From an uncultured Acidobacteriaceae bacterium (GTDB taxonomy: Bacteria; Acidobacteriota; Terriglobia; Terriglobales; Acidobacteriaceae), in the NCBI GenBank assembly GCA_963777685.1, contig CAVZRF010000031.1, positions 11,989 to 75,988 of the forward strand: a stretch of DNA of 64,000 nucleotides. Reading direction: 5' to 3'. Made by a program: the position numbers and the translations under genes. This document shows positions 44,027-54,654 of the stretch, piece by piece. The notes under the pieces were generated by a model. The model saw only the letters and a program-made list of their open reading frames with translations. It did no database searches and was not told the DNA's origin. Position 1 is the first letter of the stretch. Each line of letters starts with the position of its first letter.

Positions 44027-45092
44027 ATGCATGACCCTCAGTTGGAAACGCAATACTCAAGGCAGGCGCCATCCGCGTTGCTGCGCCTTTCGCCGATCCT
44101 GCCGGCGCTCAGCCCCCGGGAAACATCCGCCTTCTCCGGATACGGGGTCCCCGAGTTGGCCCACGACGCCCGGAATCTGATCTCCGCCCTCGATCTCTAT
44201 TGCGAGCTGCTCGCCTCCCCCGGCGTGCTCGCGCCGGGCTTTGAACACTATGCCGAGGACCTGCGCCGCGTGGCCGGTAGCGGCGCATGCCTGATCGAGG
44301 CCCTCGCCCGTCCTCGAACGCAAAATGTCTCCCGCTATCCCGATCGCGGCCACTCTCTGACGGTCGACCGGAGCAACGTGCGCCGCAGACCTCTTGCCGC
44401 TTCCCGGTTTTCCAACGGTCCCTTTTCCCCCATAGAAGATCTGCCCTCGGAGCTGGCCGCGCTCGAAGCGCCCTTGCGCGCGCTGGCCGGTCCCGATGTT
44501 CGCTTCGAGATCGAGTGCGCGCCCTGTGCCGGACGGCTGGCTCTGACCTCGGAAGACCTGCTCCGCATTTTCTTCAATCTCGTGGCCAATGCCGTCGAGG
44601 CCATGGCTTCGACACCTGCCGAGCTCCGCCGCACTCCCTTTCTGCGCATCACCGCCCAACGTGGCGGCGGGACCAGCTTCGCCGCAGGCGCCGCCCGTTA
44701 GCTTCCCCACTGACATCACTGCCCGCCGCGTTCCGCAAGGCGGCGAGACGATCGTGCTCTCCGTGCGCGACAACGGACCGGGGATCGCTCCCGACCATCT
44801 CGAGCACATCTTCGACGCTGGCTTCTCCACCCGCCACCGCGACGACGAAGACGGCGACCCCCACGGGCTGGGCCTCGCGATCGTCCGCCAGCTCGTCACA
44901 GCGGCCGGAGGCGCGGTACGCGCCGTCAGTTCCGCCGGCCGCGGCGCGCGCTTCGACATCGAGCTTCCCCTCCTGCGAACAGAGGCCACCGGAGCCCGGC
45001 TCGAACTCGCCGGATCGCCCCGGGCAGGCGGGATGACAAACGATATTCGCGCTCTAAAACAAATTCCTGCACAAGTCGAGAAAGAGGCGTAG
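44027..45092 (+). CDS. Sensorless histidine kinase (frameshift near 44690)
   Basis: H-box ELAHDARNL, N-box FFNLVANAVEAM, then in the second frame VRDNGPGI, IFDAGFST, HGLGLAIV. Confidence 0.8.
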
Positions 45093-45093
45093 G

Positions 45094-46629
45094 ATGCTTT
45101 CAACAACCGTACCTTACAACTTTCTTATGCCGACTTTTCCGCGTCTGGACGAAAAGGCGGGCGGCATGTACGTCCTGATCGTGGACGGAGATGCCGCCGT
45201 CCGAACCGCGTGCTGCGAGATCGCGGCCCGGCTCGGCTATCTGCCCCATGGGGTCGATGGCCCCGCTGCCGCACGCGGCCTGCTCCGCAACAACAGCATC
45301 GACATCCTGTTGCTCGACCTGCCCGGCGCGGCCGGGGACGGCCTCACTCTCCTCGAAGAGATCAAGGCCCTCCATCCGGAGACGGCGGTGGTGGTGATGA
45401 GCGCCTTTGCCACCGTGCCCTCGGCGGTCGAGGCGATGCGCACCGGGGCCAACGACCTGCTGACCAAGCCCTTCGCCTCTGACGAACTCGGCTCCGCGCT
45501 CGAGCGCGCCGCCGAGCGCCGCACCCTCGACCTCGCCGGCCGCCGGTTGCGCGAGCGGCTGCGCACCCAGCAGGGCATGGGCTCGATCATCGGCCGCTCC
45601 CCGGAGATGGAAAAGCTCTACCGCATCCTTTCGAAGGTCGCGCAGAGCGGCCACCCGGCGCTGATTCTGGGCGAGAGCGGGACGGGCAAGGAGCTGGTCG
45701 CCCGCTCCATCCACGCCAGCGGGCCAAACGCCTCCAAGCCCTTCATTCCCGTCGATTGCGGCTCGCTGGTGCCGACGCTGATCGAGAGCGAGCTTTTTGG
45801 TCACGTCAAAGGGGCTTTTACCGGGGCCAACCGCACCAAGGATGGTCTGCTCGCCTCGGCCGGCAGCGGCACCGTGTTTCTCGACGAGATCGGCGAATTA
45901 CCCCTCGACCTGCAGGCCCGGCTCTTGCGCGCCTTGCAGGAAAAAGAGGTCCGCCCGGTCGGCGCGACCCATAGTATCGCCATCCACGCCCGGGTGCTGG
46001 CGGCGACCAACCGCGATCTGGCCGCGCTGGTCGAGCAGGGGCGCTTCCGCAAAGACCTCTTCTACCGCCTCAACGTCGTCAATCTGCGCATCCCTCCGCT
46101 GCGCGAGCGCCGCGCCGACATTCCGCTTCTGGCCGCGCACTTTCTCGACCGCCTGGCGCGGGAGAGCGGCATCGACTACAACCTCTCCGACGAGGCCCTG
46201 CGTACCATGGTCGACTACGAATGGCCGGGCAATGTCCGCGAGCTCGAGCACACCATCGAGCGCGGAGCCACCGTCTCCTCCGGGCCGCTGCTCCAACTTG
46301 GCGATCTTTCGACGCAGCTGGTCGACTTCGCCCTGCTGCAGCGCCGGACGATCCATCCTGCCGGTCGCGGCTTCCACGGCAATCGGCCCTATGGCCCCGG
46401 CGGACTCGATGCCGGCCCCGGAGACAGCGGCTTCGACGGTGCCCGCGCGGCCGAGATCATTCCCCTCGCCGCGCAGGAAAAGCAGGCGATCCTCAGCACC
46501 CTCGAAACCCTCAAGGGCGACAAGCTGCTCGCCGCCAAGGTGCTGGGCATCGGCAAGACCACCCTCTACCGCAAGCTCAAGGAATACGGGATCGGGGAGC
46601 AAGCTGTTGCGCCCAGCGGCGGAGCATAG
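45094..46629 (+). CDS. Sigma-54-dependent response regulator (NtrC family)
   Basis: Receiver (LLLD, TKP), [38 protein letters not shown], Fis-type HTH. Confidence 0.96.
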   Translation: MLSTTVPYNFLMPTFPRLDEKAGGMYVLIVDGDAAVRTACCEIAARLGYLPHGVDGPAAARGLLRNNSIDILLLDLPGAAGDGLTLLEEIKALHPETAVVVMSAFATVPSAVEAMRTGANDLLTKPFASDELGSALERAAERRTLDLAGRRLRERLRTQQGMGSIIGRSPEMEKLYRILSKVAQSGHPALILGESGTGKELVARSIHASGPNASKPFIPVDCGSLVPTLIESELFGHVKGAFTGANRTKDGLLASAGSGTVFLDEIGELPLDLQARLLRALQEKEVRPVGATHSIAIHARVLAATNRDLAALVEQGRFRKDLFYRLNVVNLRIPPLRERRADIPLLAAHFLDRLARESGIDYNLSDEALRTMVDYEWPGNVRELEHTIERGATVSSGPLLQLGDLSTQLVDFALLQRRTIHPAGRGFHGNRPYGPGGLDAGPGDSGFDGARAAEIIPLAAQEKQAILSTLETLKGDKLLAAKVLGIGKTTLYRKLKEYGIGEQAVAPSGGA

Positions 46630-46877
46630 CGTTCAATGCGCCCCAGCTCGAAATCGGGAGGAGCGAACACGATGACCGGATAAGCTTCCCTTCGCAACTG
46701 CCGCGCGGGCTCTCAGAGGAATTCGCCGCTCTTATGTGCCCCGCCTTCCCTCACTTTCGCACCTGATGCGCTTTCTGCCTTGATCGGCCTGGCCCGAACC
46801 ACTCCTCTGGTGGTCGGTCGCGACCGGCCCGCTTCTCAACCGAGCTCCGTCACCTAGTTCCATTTGAGGACGCCACC

Positions 46878-47582
46878 ATGCCAGCAACCCTGCAAACAAC
46901 CTCGGTCCCGCAAACCGCCTCGGCAGCACCGCACTCGACGACGCCGTCAACTCAAACCGTTACTTCGACCCAGCTTGCGGCTCAAACCCAGGTCTCCACC
47001 CAAGTCATCGTCGCGCCAGCCGCCTTGCGGCACCCTCGTCCTGCTCCACCCTCGGAACGCCCCGCCTTTCTGCGGCCCTCGGCTCCTCAGTCGGTGCTGA
47101 TGATCACCGCCATCCCCGGCGCCGACAGTTGCGCCTCGAGCCTGGCCGCCGCGTTGGGTGTTCCGGTCGAGATCGCCTCCAGCCGCAAGGTCGGCCTCAG
47201 CGCCCTGCGCCGCCGCGACTTCGCCACCGTGATCGTCGACGACTCGATCGCCGAGGCCGATCCGGCGGGTACCGAGCTGATCTGGAAACACTCCGGCCTC
47301 GCCGTCCCGCTCCAGATCAACTTCGCCGTGGTGGGCTGCGCGCGCCTCGGACGCGAGGTCCGGGCCGCCCTCGCGCGCCGCGAACAGGAGGAGTCGCTCG
47401 CCATGCGCGCCGCGACCTCGAACCTTGAAAACGATCTCAAATCGACGCTCGCCGGACTTTTGCTCAACTCCGAACTCGCACTCGCCGAGCCCTCGGTGCC
47501 TCCACAGCTGGCGAGCAAACTCCAGCTCATGGTCGAGTTGGCGGGCACCATGCGCCGCCGCCTCGAGCAGCCTCATATATAA
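46878..47582 (+). CDS. Hypothetical protein, degenerate receiver-like domain plus DHp-like helices
   Basis: GAGG RBS; central beta/alpha segment (FATVIVDD); C-terminal ENDLKSTLAGLLLNSELAL resembles an H-box without His. Confidence 0.6.
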   Translation: MPATLQTTSVPQTASAAPHSTTPSTQTVTSTQLAAQTQVSTQVIVAPAALRHPRPAPPSERPAFLRPSAPQSVLMITAIPGADSCASSLAAALGVPVEIASSRKVGLSALRRRDFATVIVDDSIAEADPAGTELIWKHSGLAVPLQINFAVVGCARLGREVRAALARREQEESLAMRAATSNLENDLKSTLAGLLLNSELALAEPSVPPQLASKLQLMVELAGTMRRRLEQPHI

Positions 47583-47792
47583 GCTGGCTTCTCCGGGCCG
47601 AAGCCCGAATCGTCAAAATACGGGCACGGCAAAGCTGCGTGCGCAACCATGTGCGGGTCCACTGACTTTCGAGTGAGACTCGGGCCGAAAAGATGTTCGA
47701 GGTGTCGAGGAGATCAGCCGTCAGCAGCCGGTAAACTTCCGGCGCGCTTCGAGGAAGCTCACCTATGGATTGGGAGCCTCTGAGATTCATGT

Positions 47793-47888
47793 ACCGGGGA
47801 GCCTACTGCGCACACACGAGCCCGTTGCCGTTGCTTCCTTCCGGACCTGGCGGGGTTGGCGGGATTGCGTCGCGTAGGGCCCGGCACC
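47793..47888 (-). ncRNA. ffs: Signal recognition particle RNA (small bacterial SRP, 4.5S)
   Basis: Minus strand contains domain IV CCAGGTCCGGAAGGAAGCAACGG within a ~96-nt hairpin closed by CCGGG..CCTAC / GTAGG..CCCGG. Confidence 0.93.
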
Positions 47889-47988
47889 AATCCAGAATAC
47901 CAAACATCCAGCGGCCCGGAAGATCGCCCGATAAGAACACAGCTTAGCCGCCACAAGCGAGCCCGCCGAGCGCAGCCCGAGCATTTGA

Positions 47989-48026
47989 AATGACGATGCC
48001 CCGGTCGAAACCGGGGCATCGTCATT
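47989..48026 (-). terminator. 17-bp perfect hairpin with TTCG loop after the yciF-like gene
   Basis: AATGACGATGCCCCGGT-loop-ACCGGGGCATCGTCATT. Confidence 0.7.
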
Positions 48027-48052
48027 GACTCCATCTGACAGCGATCGCGGAA

Positions 48053-48637
48053 TTAGCTCGCCTTCGCCACTTTCCTCGCGCCCGCGGAAGCGGTCTTCTT
48101 CCCCTTGGAGGCGCTGATCTCCTCGTCACCCTCTTCCCCTTCGGCTTCGTTCGCCTCGGCAAAGAGCGGCTCCGCCTGACCCAGCAGCTTTTCGCTGGCC
48201 TGCTGCTCTTCGTTCAACGTCTCGGTCAGCAACGCCACGATCTCGTCCTCACCCAGTTCGCGGGCGATGGCGATCGACGCGGTGTATCCGGCGATCTCAT
48301 AGTGCTCCACGCGCAGCGCAGCGCCCATGATGCCGACATCCTTGAGAGCGTCCTCTTCGTCTTTCTCCAATTGATCCTTGCCCTCGGCAACCAGCCCTTC
48401 CATGCCCTTGCAGTGCTCCCCCGTGGGCTTCTCTTCGAGCTGCTCGAAGACCTGCTTCAATCGCTCCACCTGCCCCTTGGTCTCTTCGAGGTGGGTGCTG
48501 ATCAGGTTCTTCAGGTCCTCGTTCGTCGCCCCCTTGACCATCTTCGGCAACGCCTTCACCAGCTGGTTCTCTGCGCTATACAGGTCCCGCAGTTCATCGA
48601 CCAACACATCCCGTAAACTCATCTGTTTTGTCCTCAA
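48053..48637 (-). CDS. Ferritin-like DUF892 (YciE/YciF) protein
   Basis: ELRDLYSAENQL.KALPKM, HLEET..QVERL, C.GMEGL, VEHYEIAGY, TL.EE. Confidence 0.93.
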   Translation of the reverse strand: MRTKQMSLRDVLVDELRDLYSAENQLVKALPKMVKGATNEDLKNLISTHLEETKGQVERLKQVFEQLEEKPTGEHCKGMEGLVAEGKDQLEKDEEDALKDVGIMGAALRVEHYEIAGYTASIAIARELGEDEIVALLTETLNEEQQASEKLLGQAEPLFAEANEAEGEEGDEEISASKGKKTASAGARKVAKAS

Positions 48638-48799
48638 TGCAAAATTGCGCCGGTAGTCAACCTCTTGCCGCTTCTACAGGAGATGCGGTCGCGCGACAAG
48701 GAGTTAGCGACTTAGGGCCTCTTTGTGAGCAATTCAGCTCACTCGAAAATAGGTTGTCCCGCAGCCGTCAATTCGCTGACACCCTGTAAAATAAAGGGT

Positions 48800-50374
48800 G
48801 TGAAAGATTCAACGATCGAGGACGCGCCAACCGCGCTCCACCACGCCACAACCGAACCCGAACCCACAGCAGACAAACCCCTGCGCATCGGATTCGTCAG
48901 CCTCGGCTGCCCTAAGAACCTCGTCGATAGCGAAGTCATGATGGGCCTGCTCGACCACGCCGGTGCGCGGATCACCACCGATCCCGCCACTGCCGACGTC
49001 CTGGTCGTCAACACCTGCTCCTTCATCGACTCGGCCAAGCAGGAATCCGTCGACACCATCCTCGAAATGGCTCGCCATAAAACCCACGGTAAAGCCCAGA
49101 AGCTCATCGTCGCCGGATGCCTCGTCGAACGCTACCGCGACGAGATCCAGAAGAACATTCCCGAAGTCGACGCCGTCGTCGGCACCGGCGAACTGGAAGG
49201 AATCCTCGCCGCCGCCGGAGTGACGCCGAAGCCACGAACGCAATCCCCGTTCACGATTCTGACTACCGTCGTCGCCACCGGAATCCACCCGACTTCGGCA
49301 TCACCTTCGAACGCCGCGCCCGCCATCATCACCTCCCGTTCCGAAGGCGACCTCCGCGAATCCCAGGGCCGCTTCTCCCGACACGAGTGGGACGGAGCCC
49401 AACCCGCGCTCCCCCAATATCTCTACGACGAGAACACTCCGCGCCTCCGCGCCACGGCCAGTTCCTCGGCCTACATCAAGATCGCCGAGGGCTGCGACCA
49501 TCCCTGCAGTTTCTGCGTCATCCCCAACCTCCGCGGCAAGTTCCGCTCCCGCCGTTTCGAGTCGGTCATCGCCGAGGCCCATCAGCTCGTCGCGCAAGGC
49601 GTCCGGGAAATCACGCTCATCGGCCAGGACACCACCTGCTACGGCGAAGACTTCGGCCTCAAAGACGGCCTCGCCGATCTCCTCGACGGCCTCGCCAAGG
49701 TCGACGGAGTCCGCTGGCTCCGCTTCCTCTACGCCTACCCCAACAAGGTCACCGGACGCCTGCTCGACACCATCGCCCGTCACGACAACATCTTCAAATA
49801 CCTCGACGTGCCGCTGCAGCACGCCTCCGGCAACGTCCTCAAGCGCATGAAGCGCGGAGCCAACGCCGACATCTTCCTGAAGACCCTGGAAAAGGTCCGC
49901 GCCGCCGTCCCCGGCATCGCCCTGCGCACCTCGTTCATCGTCGGCTTCCCCGGCGAGACCGAGCAGGACTTCACTGAGCTGATGGACTTCGTCCGCGAAG
50001 CCAAGTTCGACTGGATGGGCGCCTTCGGCTACTCCGACGAAGACGGCTCCAAGTCCTTCCACCTCGGCGAAAAGGTTCCGCCGAAAGTCATCGAACAACG
50101 CAAGCGAACCCTCATGCGCCTGCAGAAGACCATCAGCAAAAAGGCCAAGCAAAAGTGGGTCGGCCAGCAATTCGATCTGTTCGTCGAGAACGAATCCGAA
50201 GAGACGCCGCTCCTATGGGAAGGCCGAACCCAATTCCACGCCCCCGAGATCGACGGCAAGGTCTACATCAACGACTTCGGCCCATTCGAAGAGCTGAAGC
50301 CCGGAAGCTTCCACCGCTGCGAAATCACCGAGGCGCATGAGTATGACGTGGTCGCTAGGATTCTTTCCCACTAA
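48800..50374 (+). CDS. rimO: Ribosomal protein S12 methylthiotransferase
   Basis: SLGCPKNLVDSE, NTCSFI.SAKQES, KIAEGCDHPCSFC radical SAM motif, APEIDG TRAM end. Confidence 0.96.
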   Translation: MKDSTIEDAPTALHHATTEPEPTADKPLRIGFVSLGCPKNLVDSEVMMGLLDHAGARITTDPATADVLVVNTCSFIDSAKQESVDTILEMARHKTHGKAQKLIVAGCLVERYRDEIQKNIPEVDAVVGTGELEGILAAAGVTPKPRTQSPFTILTTVVATGIHPTSASPSNAAPAIITSRSEGDLRESQGRFSRHEWDGAQPALPQYLYDENTPRLRATASSSAYIKIAEGCDHPCSFCVIPNLRGKFRSRRFESVIAEAHQLVAQGVREITLIGQDTTCYGEDFGLKDGLADLLDGLAKVDGVRWLRFLYAYPNKVTGRLLDTIARHDNIFKYLDVPLQHASGNVLKRMKRGANADIFLKTLEKVRAAVPGIALRTSFIVGFPGETEQDFTELMDFVREAKFDWMGAFGYSDEDGSKSFHLGEKVPPKVIEQRKRTLMRLQKTISKKAKQKWVGQQFDLFVENESEETPLLWEGRTQFHAPEIDGKVYINDFGPFEELKPGSFHRCEITEAHEYDVVARILSH

Positions 50375-51485
50375 GGCAATCGGGAAAGCGATCTGCCTCA
50401 GAGGACGCTCGCCTCTCACCCTGGCGCTGCTGGCAACGCTTGCCCTCTCTCCGTCGGCCGTGGCGCAGACAGCAACTGCCGCGGACAACACAAAATCTGA
50501 CCCGACCGCTTACTTGAACCGCGCTTTGGACGAGATGCAATTGCACGCGCTAAGGCGGGAGGCAGTGGACTGGCCTCGGATTCGCAAGGAGGCGCTGGCG
50601 CGAGCGGCGCACGCCGAGAGCACGGTAGACACTTACGATGCGATCCGATTTGCCTTGACAAGCCTTGGGGACCACCACAGCTCGCTTCACCTCACTCCCG
50701 CACTGCAAGCCCTTGCGTCACAGCGCAAGGGAGGGCACGGAGAAGATCAGAATTCCAAAGCGGCCCCAGCTTCATTCAGTCCCTATGTGGGGCGATACGA
50801 ACCTGAGGGACACATCGAGCAGTTCGGCGGTAGGCCCTTTGCCCTGATTGTCGTTCCTAAGTGTTCGTGCGCGAACGACGGCGAGTTTGTCGAGTTTGAG
50901 ACAAAACTGCAGCGGATCATCGCCGAGCTGGACAGGTCGCACCCAGTGGGTTGGATCGTAGACATTCGCGGCAATGTCGGTGGGAACATGTGGCCCATGC
51001 TTGCTGGAGTCGGCCCGCTGCTCGGCGAAAGCGACGACCTCGGCGAGTTCTTCAACACGAATGGACATTCTGTCTGGATATACCGCAACGGCGTCGCCGC
51101 AGAATCAGACGAAGGAAAGCTAAATACTTATCCTGCGGTCAAAGGCCCGCCATACAAGCTGGCGAACGTCCCAAATGTCGCAGTGCTGATCGACCACAGT
51201 ACCGGCAGTTCCGGAGAGGCGGTGGCAATCGCATTCCGTGGACGTTCGCACACTCGATTTTTTGGGGAGCACACCGCCGGAGTTTCCACCGTGAATGAGA
51301 TGTTCGCCCTTTCCGACGGGGCGGTTATGTGGCTCACCATCGGCACTCAGGCCGACCGGAGCGGGAAACAATACACCGATGGCCTTGCACCAGATGAATT
51401 CGCTGAAAGCGGTGACAAGCAACTCGCGCCAGCGCAAGACCCCCCAGTGCAGGCCGCGCTGCGCTGGCTGAACGGTGCATTGTGA
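50337..51485 (+). CDS. S41 family peptidase (secreted)
   Basis: LGDHHS, VDIRGNVGGNMWPM, TGSSGEAVA, FFGEHTAG; start uncertain. Confidence 0.85.
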   Translation: MSMTWSLGFFPTKAIGKAICLRGRSPLTLALLATLALSPSAVAQTATAADNTKSDPTAYLNRALDEMQLHALRREAVDWPRIRKEALARAAHAESTVDTYDAIRFALTSLGDHHSSLHLTPALQALASQRKGGHGEDQNSKAAPASFSPYVGRYEPEGHIEQFGGRPFALIVVPKCSCANDGEFVEFETKLQRIIAELDRSHPVGWIVDIRGNVGGNMWPMLAGVGPLLGESDDLGEFFNTNGHSVWIYRNGVAAESDEGKLNTYPAVKGPPYKLANVPNVAVLIDHSTGSSGEAVAIAFRGRSHTRFFGEHTAGVSTVNEMFALSDGAVMWLTIGTQADRSGKQYTDGLAPDEFAESGDKQLAPAQDPPVQAALRWLNGAL

Positions 51486-51590
51486 AGTGACTACTTCTGA
51501 ACCAAAGTGTTACAGCCTGTAAGTATCGACGACCACGACTTGGAACCCGAATCGTTCCCTAGCAGGTGCTTCCACTTGCCGAGCTGGTCG

Positions 51591-51809
51591 CTATGCGACC
51601 CGATCAAGCGGCCGATGGTGTAGGCGAATCAATTCCTCAGCGGGTAAAGCGGCCATGGCGTAAGTGCGCCCTTCATCGTCGCTGAATTCGACCTCGGCCA
51701 CCGCCGGGGACAACAATTCAACAACCGTCCCGACCTGACCGCGCACCAGGCCATGCTCGGGCAAGTCTCCAAGCAGCGCAACGACGGAAAGAAGTTCCAG
51801 CTTCGGCAT
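51591..51809 (-). CDS. DUF4926 domain protein
   Basis: VVALL.DLP..GL.RGQVGTVVE....EVEFSD..GRTYA. Confidence 0.85.
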   Translation of the reverse strand: MPKLELLSVVALLGDLPEHGLVRGQVGTVVELLSPAVAEVEFSDDEGRTYAMAALPAEELIRLHHRPLDRVA

Positions 51810-51838
51810 AGGTCTCCATTCTGCGACGCAAGCCGCGA

Positions 51839-52234
51839 TCATACCCTTTCGTCGTCACCCGCAGGCCCATATCCCTCAGGCAAATGCTGAACCAGGTCGC
51901 AGCTCTCATCCAGAACACGGCCAAGCTCGATCACCAGCGCGGCAGACACTCGATACAAAAGGAAATGCCGAGGTTCCTTGACCCTCGCTCCAGGAACTCG
52001 GCGTCTACTGAATGCCAAATGATAGGTATAAGCTCCGGCGATCAGCAGTTCCGGTCGCGACTTCGCGCCGGGCCGCTGCGGGTCTTCACCGATATCGATG
52101 ATCGCCTGCGCCATCAAAGCTTCATAGCGGCCCTTCGCAGCCTCGCCGAACTCAAGCCCGCTCCGATCCAATATCTCCGTGATATCGAGCGAGGCAGGGT
52201 CTGCAAGGACGACTTCAAACGGCTGTTTTGACAT
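51839..52234 (-). CDS. ParE/RelE family toxin
   Basis: A..DI..IL......FGEAA..RY..L, YHL..SR, PRHFLLYR. Confidence 0.82.
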   Translation of the reverse strand: MSKQPFEVVLADPASLDITEILDRSGLEFGEAAKGRYEALMAQAIIDIGEDPQRPGAKSRPELLIAGAYTYHLAFSRRRVPGARVKEPRHFLLYRVSAALVIELGRVLDESCDLVQHLPEGYGPAGDDERV

Positions 52235-52511
52235 TTCGAGGGGAAGACTTCAAAGCAAGCTGACGTAGGAATGCCTTGACCTCGGAGGGCGAACGAAGCG
52301 CCGTCGATTCTCCGCGGTCGATCGCGTCGAAACCTTCTTTAGCAGCCCTGCGTAGCCATTGAATTTTCGCCCGGTCTTCCTCTTCGCGCTGTTCCAGCAA
52401 ACGCAATCCCTCGCGCACAATCTCGCTCGCATTGCTGAACCGCCCAGACTCGATCCCCGCATCAATAAACTTGTCGAAGTGTTCCGTAAGATGGACGTTC
52501 CGCGTAGGCAT
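52215..52511 (-). CDS. ParD family antitoxin (ribbon-helix-helix)
   Basis: NVHLT..F..FI..GIESGRFSNASEIVREGLRLL. Confidence 0.9.
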   Translation of the reverse strand: MPTRNVHLTEHFDKFIDAGIESGRFSNASEIVREGLRLLEQREEEDRAKIQWLRRAAKEGFDAIDRGESTALRSPSEVKAFLRQLALKSSPRNVKTAV

Positions 52512-52631
52512 GAATCAACCTCAGTGCTTTCAGAATATTCGCGCATGGCAATAATTGCCAGTGACATTCCGAACTGAACCGGGAGCGAAGAATCCAGCGC
52601 TATCATGAAGAAAAGGATCCATCACGCACCA

Positions 52632-52853
52632 ATGAGCCCCAAAGCAAAACCCCTCGTCCTCCGTTGCCCCACCTGCAAGACCATCGTCACCGCCGCCGAC
52701 GAGGATTTCCCCTTCTGCAGCGACCGCTGCCGCAAGATCGACCTCGGCAAATGGGCCAGCGGAGCCTACAAGATCTCCTCGCCCATCCTCGACCCCGATG
52801 TCCTCGAAGACCTCGAATCCGGCAGCCGCCCGCAGCACTCCGACGATGAGTAG
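52632..52853 (+). CDS. yacG: DNA gyrase inhibitor YacG
   Basis: CPTC...FPFCSDRCRKIDLGKWASGAY.I. Confidence 0.93.
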   Translation: MSPKAKPLVLRCPTCKTIVTAADEDFPFCSDRCRKIDLGKWASGAYKISSPILDPDVLEDLESGSRPQHSDDE

Positions 52854-53377
52854 CTCAACCGTGCCCGCCGCACAAGGCAACAAAACCCTCTGGGCCTGGG
52901 CCATCGCCACGTTCTTCGGAGCCGGCTTCTGGAAACCCGGCCCCGGAACCGCCGGCTCCATCGCCGCCGCGCTGATCTGGCTCATCGCCGGCCACTTCAC
53001 CATCACCAGCACAACTGCCACCAGTTTCGTCACCCACAACGAACTCGCCCTACTCACCGCCGCAGCCGCGCTCCTCCTGCTAGCCATCGCGATCCCCGCC
53101 GCCACCATCGTCGCCCGCGAAACCGGCCGCGAAGACCCGCAAATCGTCGTCGCCGACGAAGCCGTCGGCCAATGGATCACCCTTATCGGCGCCCCCGCCG
53201 GACTGGGAATACGCGCTCATCGGCCTCGTCCTCTTCCGCCTCTTCGACATCACCAAACCGCCACCCATCCGCAAGATCGAGTTCCTCCCCGAAGGCTGGG
53301 GCATCATGCTCGACGACGTCGGAGCCGGAATCTACGCCCTCATCTGCCTCCAGCTCATCCACCACTGGCTGCGATAA
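52846..53377 (+). CDS. pgpA: Phosphatidylglycerophosphatase A (frameshift near 53200)
   Basis: ATFFGAG..KPGPGT.GS, DPQIVV.DE.VGQ, then LFRLFDITKP, GWGIMLDD. Confidence 0.9.
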
Positions 53378-53607
53378 GCCATTCGCGACGATAGCTCGAC
53401 TGGTCCACGGCGAAACCACCACCGAGGGTGCCGTTCTTTGCGGAAGGATGGGTGGATCAAACGCCAGCCCCGCCATCCTGAAGAGTCTCCCGTTTTCGAG
53501 TGCCTTCAGCCGCAGACAGAGCCGTCGAACGAGCCTCTTCCAGCCCGATCAACGACAAACTGCCGCTCCCATAAGCGAACGCGCTAAAGTAGAAGCAGGC
53601 GAAAACC

Positions 53608-54654
53608 ATGGTCAGACTTCTCAGATCGGACCCACCGAACACCAACCCCCGCATCGAAGCCGTGCTGCCCAACGCCGCGCTTCCCGGGGGCGAGATCGAG
53701 GTTCACGGCGCAAACCTAGGCGCAACCGGACTCCTGCGCCCGCTCTCCGCCATCGGCGGCGCAACCGCGCCCGTCCTGCTCAGCCGCAGCAATCGCCTCA
53801 TCGTCCGCGTGCCCGAGGCCACGCAGCAAACCACTCGCCTCGAAGTCTTTCGCAACGGCAGCCGCAGCAACCAGGTTGACGTGCATGTAGCCCGCCTGCT
53901 CGCGGAGAACGTCCACGCCGTCGCCAGCCCCGCCGTCAACTCCGCCGGGGAAATCTTCGTCACCTTCTCCGGACAGCGCGGCCAGCAGACCCCGGTCTCG
54001 GTCTTCAAGATCGATCCCGACGGCGAAATGCATGTCTTGCTCTCCGGGCTCATCAATGCCACCGGCCTCGCCCTCGACGCCTACGGCTACCTCTACGTCT
54101 CCTCGCGCCAGGAAGGCACCGTCCACCGCGTCTCCCCCGAGGGAGCCGCCGCCATCTACGCCGAAGGCATGGGCGTCGCCACCGGACTTGCCTTCGACGC
54201 AGGACAAAACCTCTACGTCGGCGACCGCAGCGGCACCATCTTCAAGATCGCGCGCGACCGCCAGACCTTCGTCTTCGCAACCCTCGAGCCCAGCATCGCC
54301 GCCTACCACATGGCCTTCGGTCCCGACGGAGGCCTCTTCGTCACCGGCCCCACTTCCTCCACCTTTGAATGCGTCCATCGCATCGATCCCGACGGCAGCA
54401 CCGCCGTTTACTATCGCGGACTCGGCCGTCCTCAGGGCATCGCCGTCGACATCGCCGGAAACCTCTACGTCGCGGCATCGCTCAAAGGCCGCCGCGGCAT
54501 CGTCCGCATCACCCCAGACAAAGAGGCCTCAGTGGTCCTCGCCGGCTCCGGCCTCATCGGCATCGCCTTCGCCCCCGGAGGCACCGCCATCCTCACCACC
54601 AGCAACGCCGTTTATCATTGTGATCTAGGAATCGAAGGTTTCGAATTCGCTTAA
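53608..54654 (+). CDS. IPT/TIG + NHL/SGL beta-propeller protein
   Basis: N-terminal PRIEAVLP..ALPGGEIEVHG; repeats ATGLALD..G.LYVS, ATGLAFD..NLYVGD, PQGIAVD..GNLYVA. Confidence 0.8.
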   Translation: MVRLLRSDPPNTNPRIEAVLPNAALPGGEIEVHGANLGATGLLRPLSAIGGATAPVLLSRSNRLIVRVPEATQQTTRLEVFRNGSRSNQVDVHVARLLAENVHAVASPAVNSAGEIFVTFSGQRGQQTPVSVFKIDPDGEMHVLLSGLINATGLALDAYGYLYVSSRQEGTVHRVSPEGAAAIYAEGMGVATGLAFDAGQNLYVGDRSGTIFKIARDRQTFVFATLEPSIAAYHMAFGPDGGLFVTGPTSSTFECVHRIDPDGSTAVYYRGLGRPQGIAVDIAGNLYVAASLKGRRGIVRITPDKEASVVLAGSGLIGIAFAPGGTAILTTSNAVYHCDLGIEGFEFA

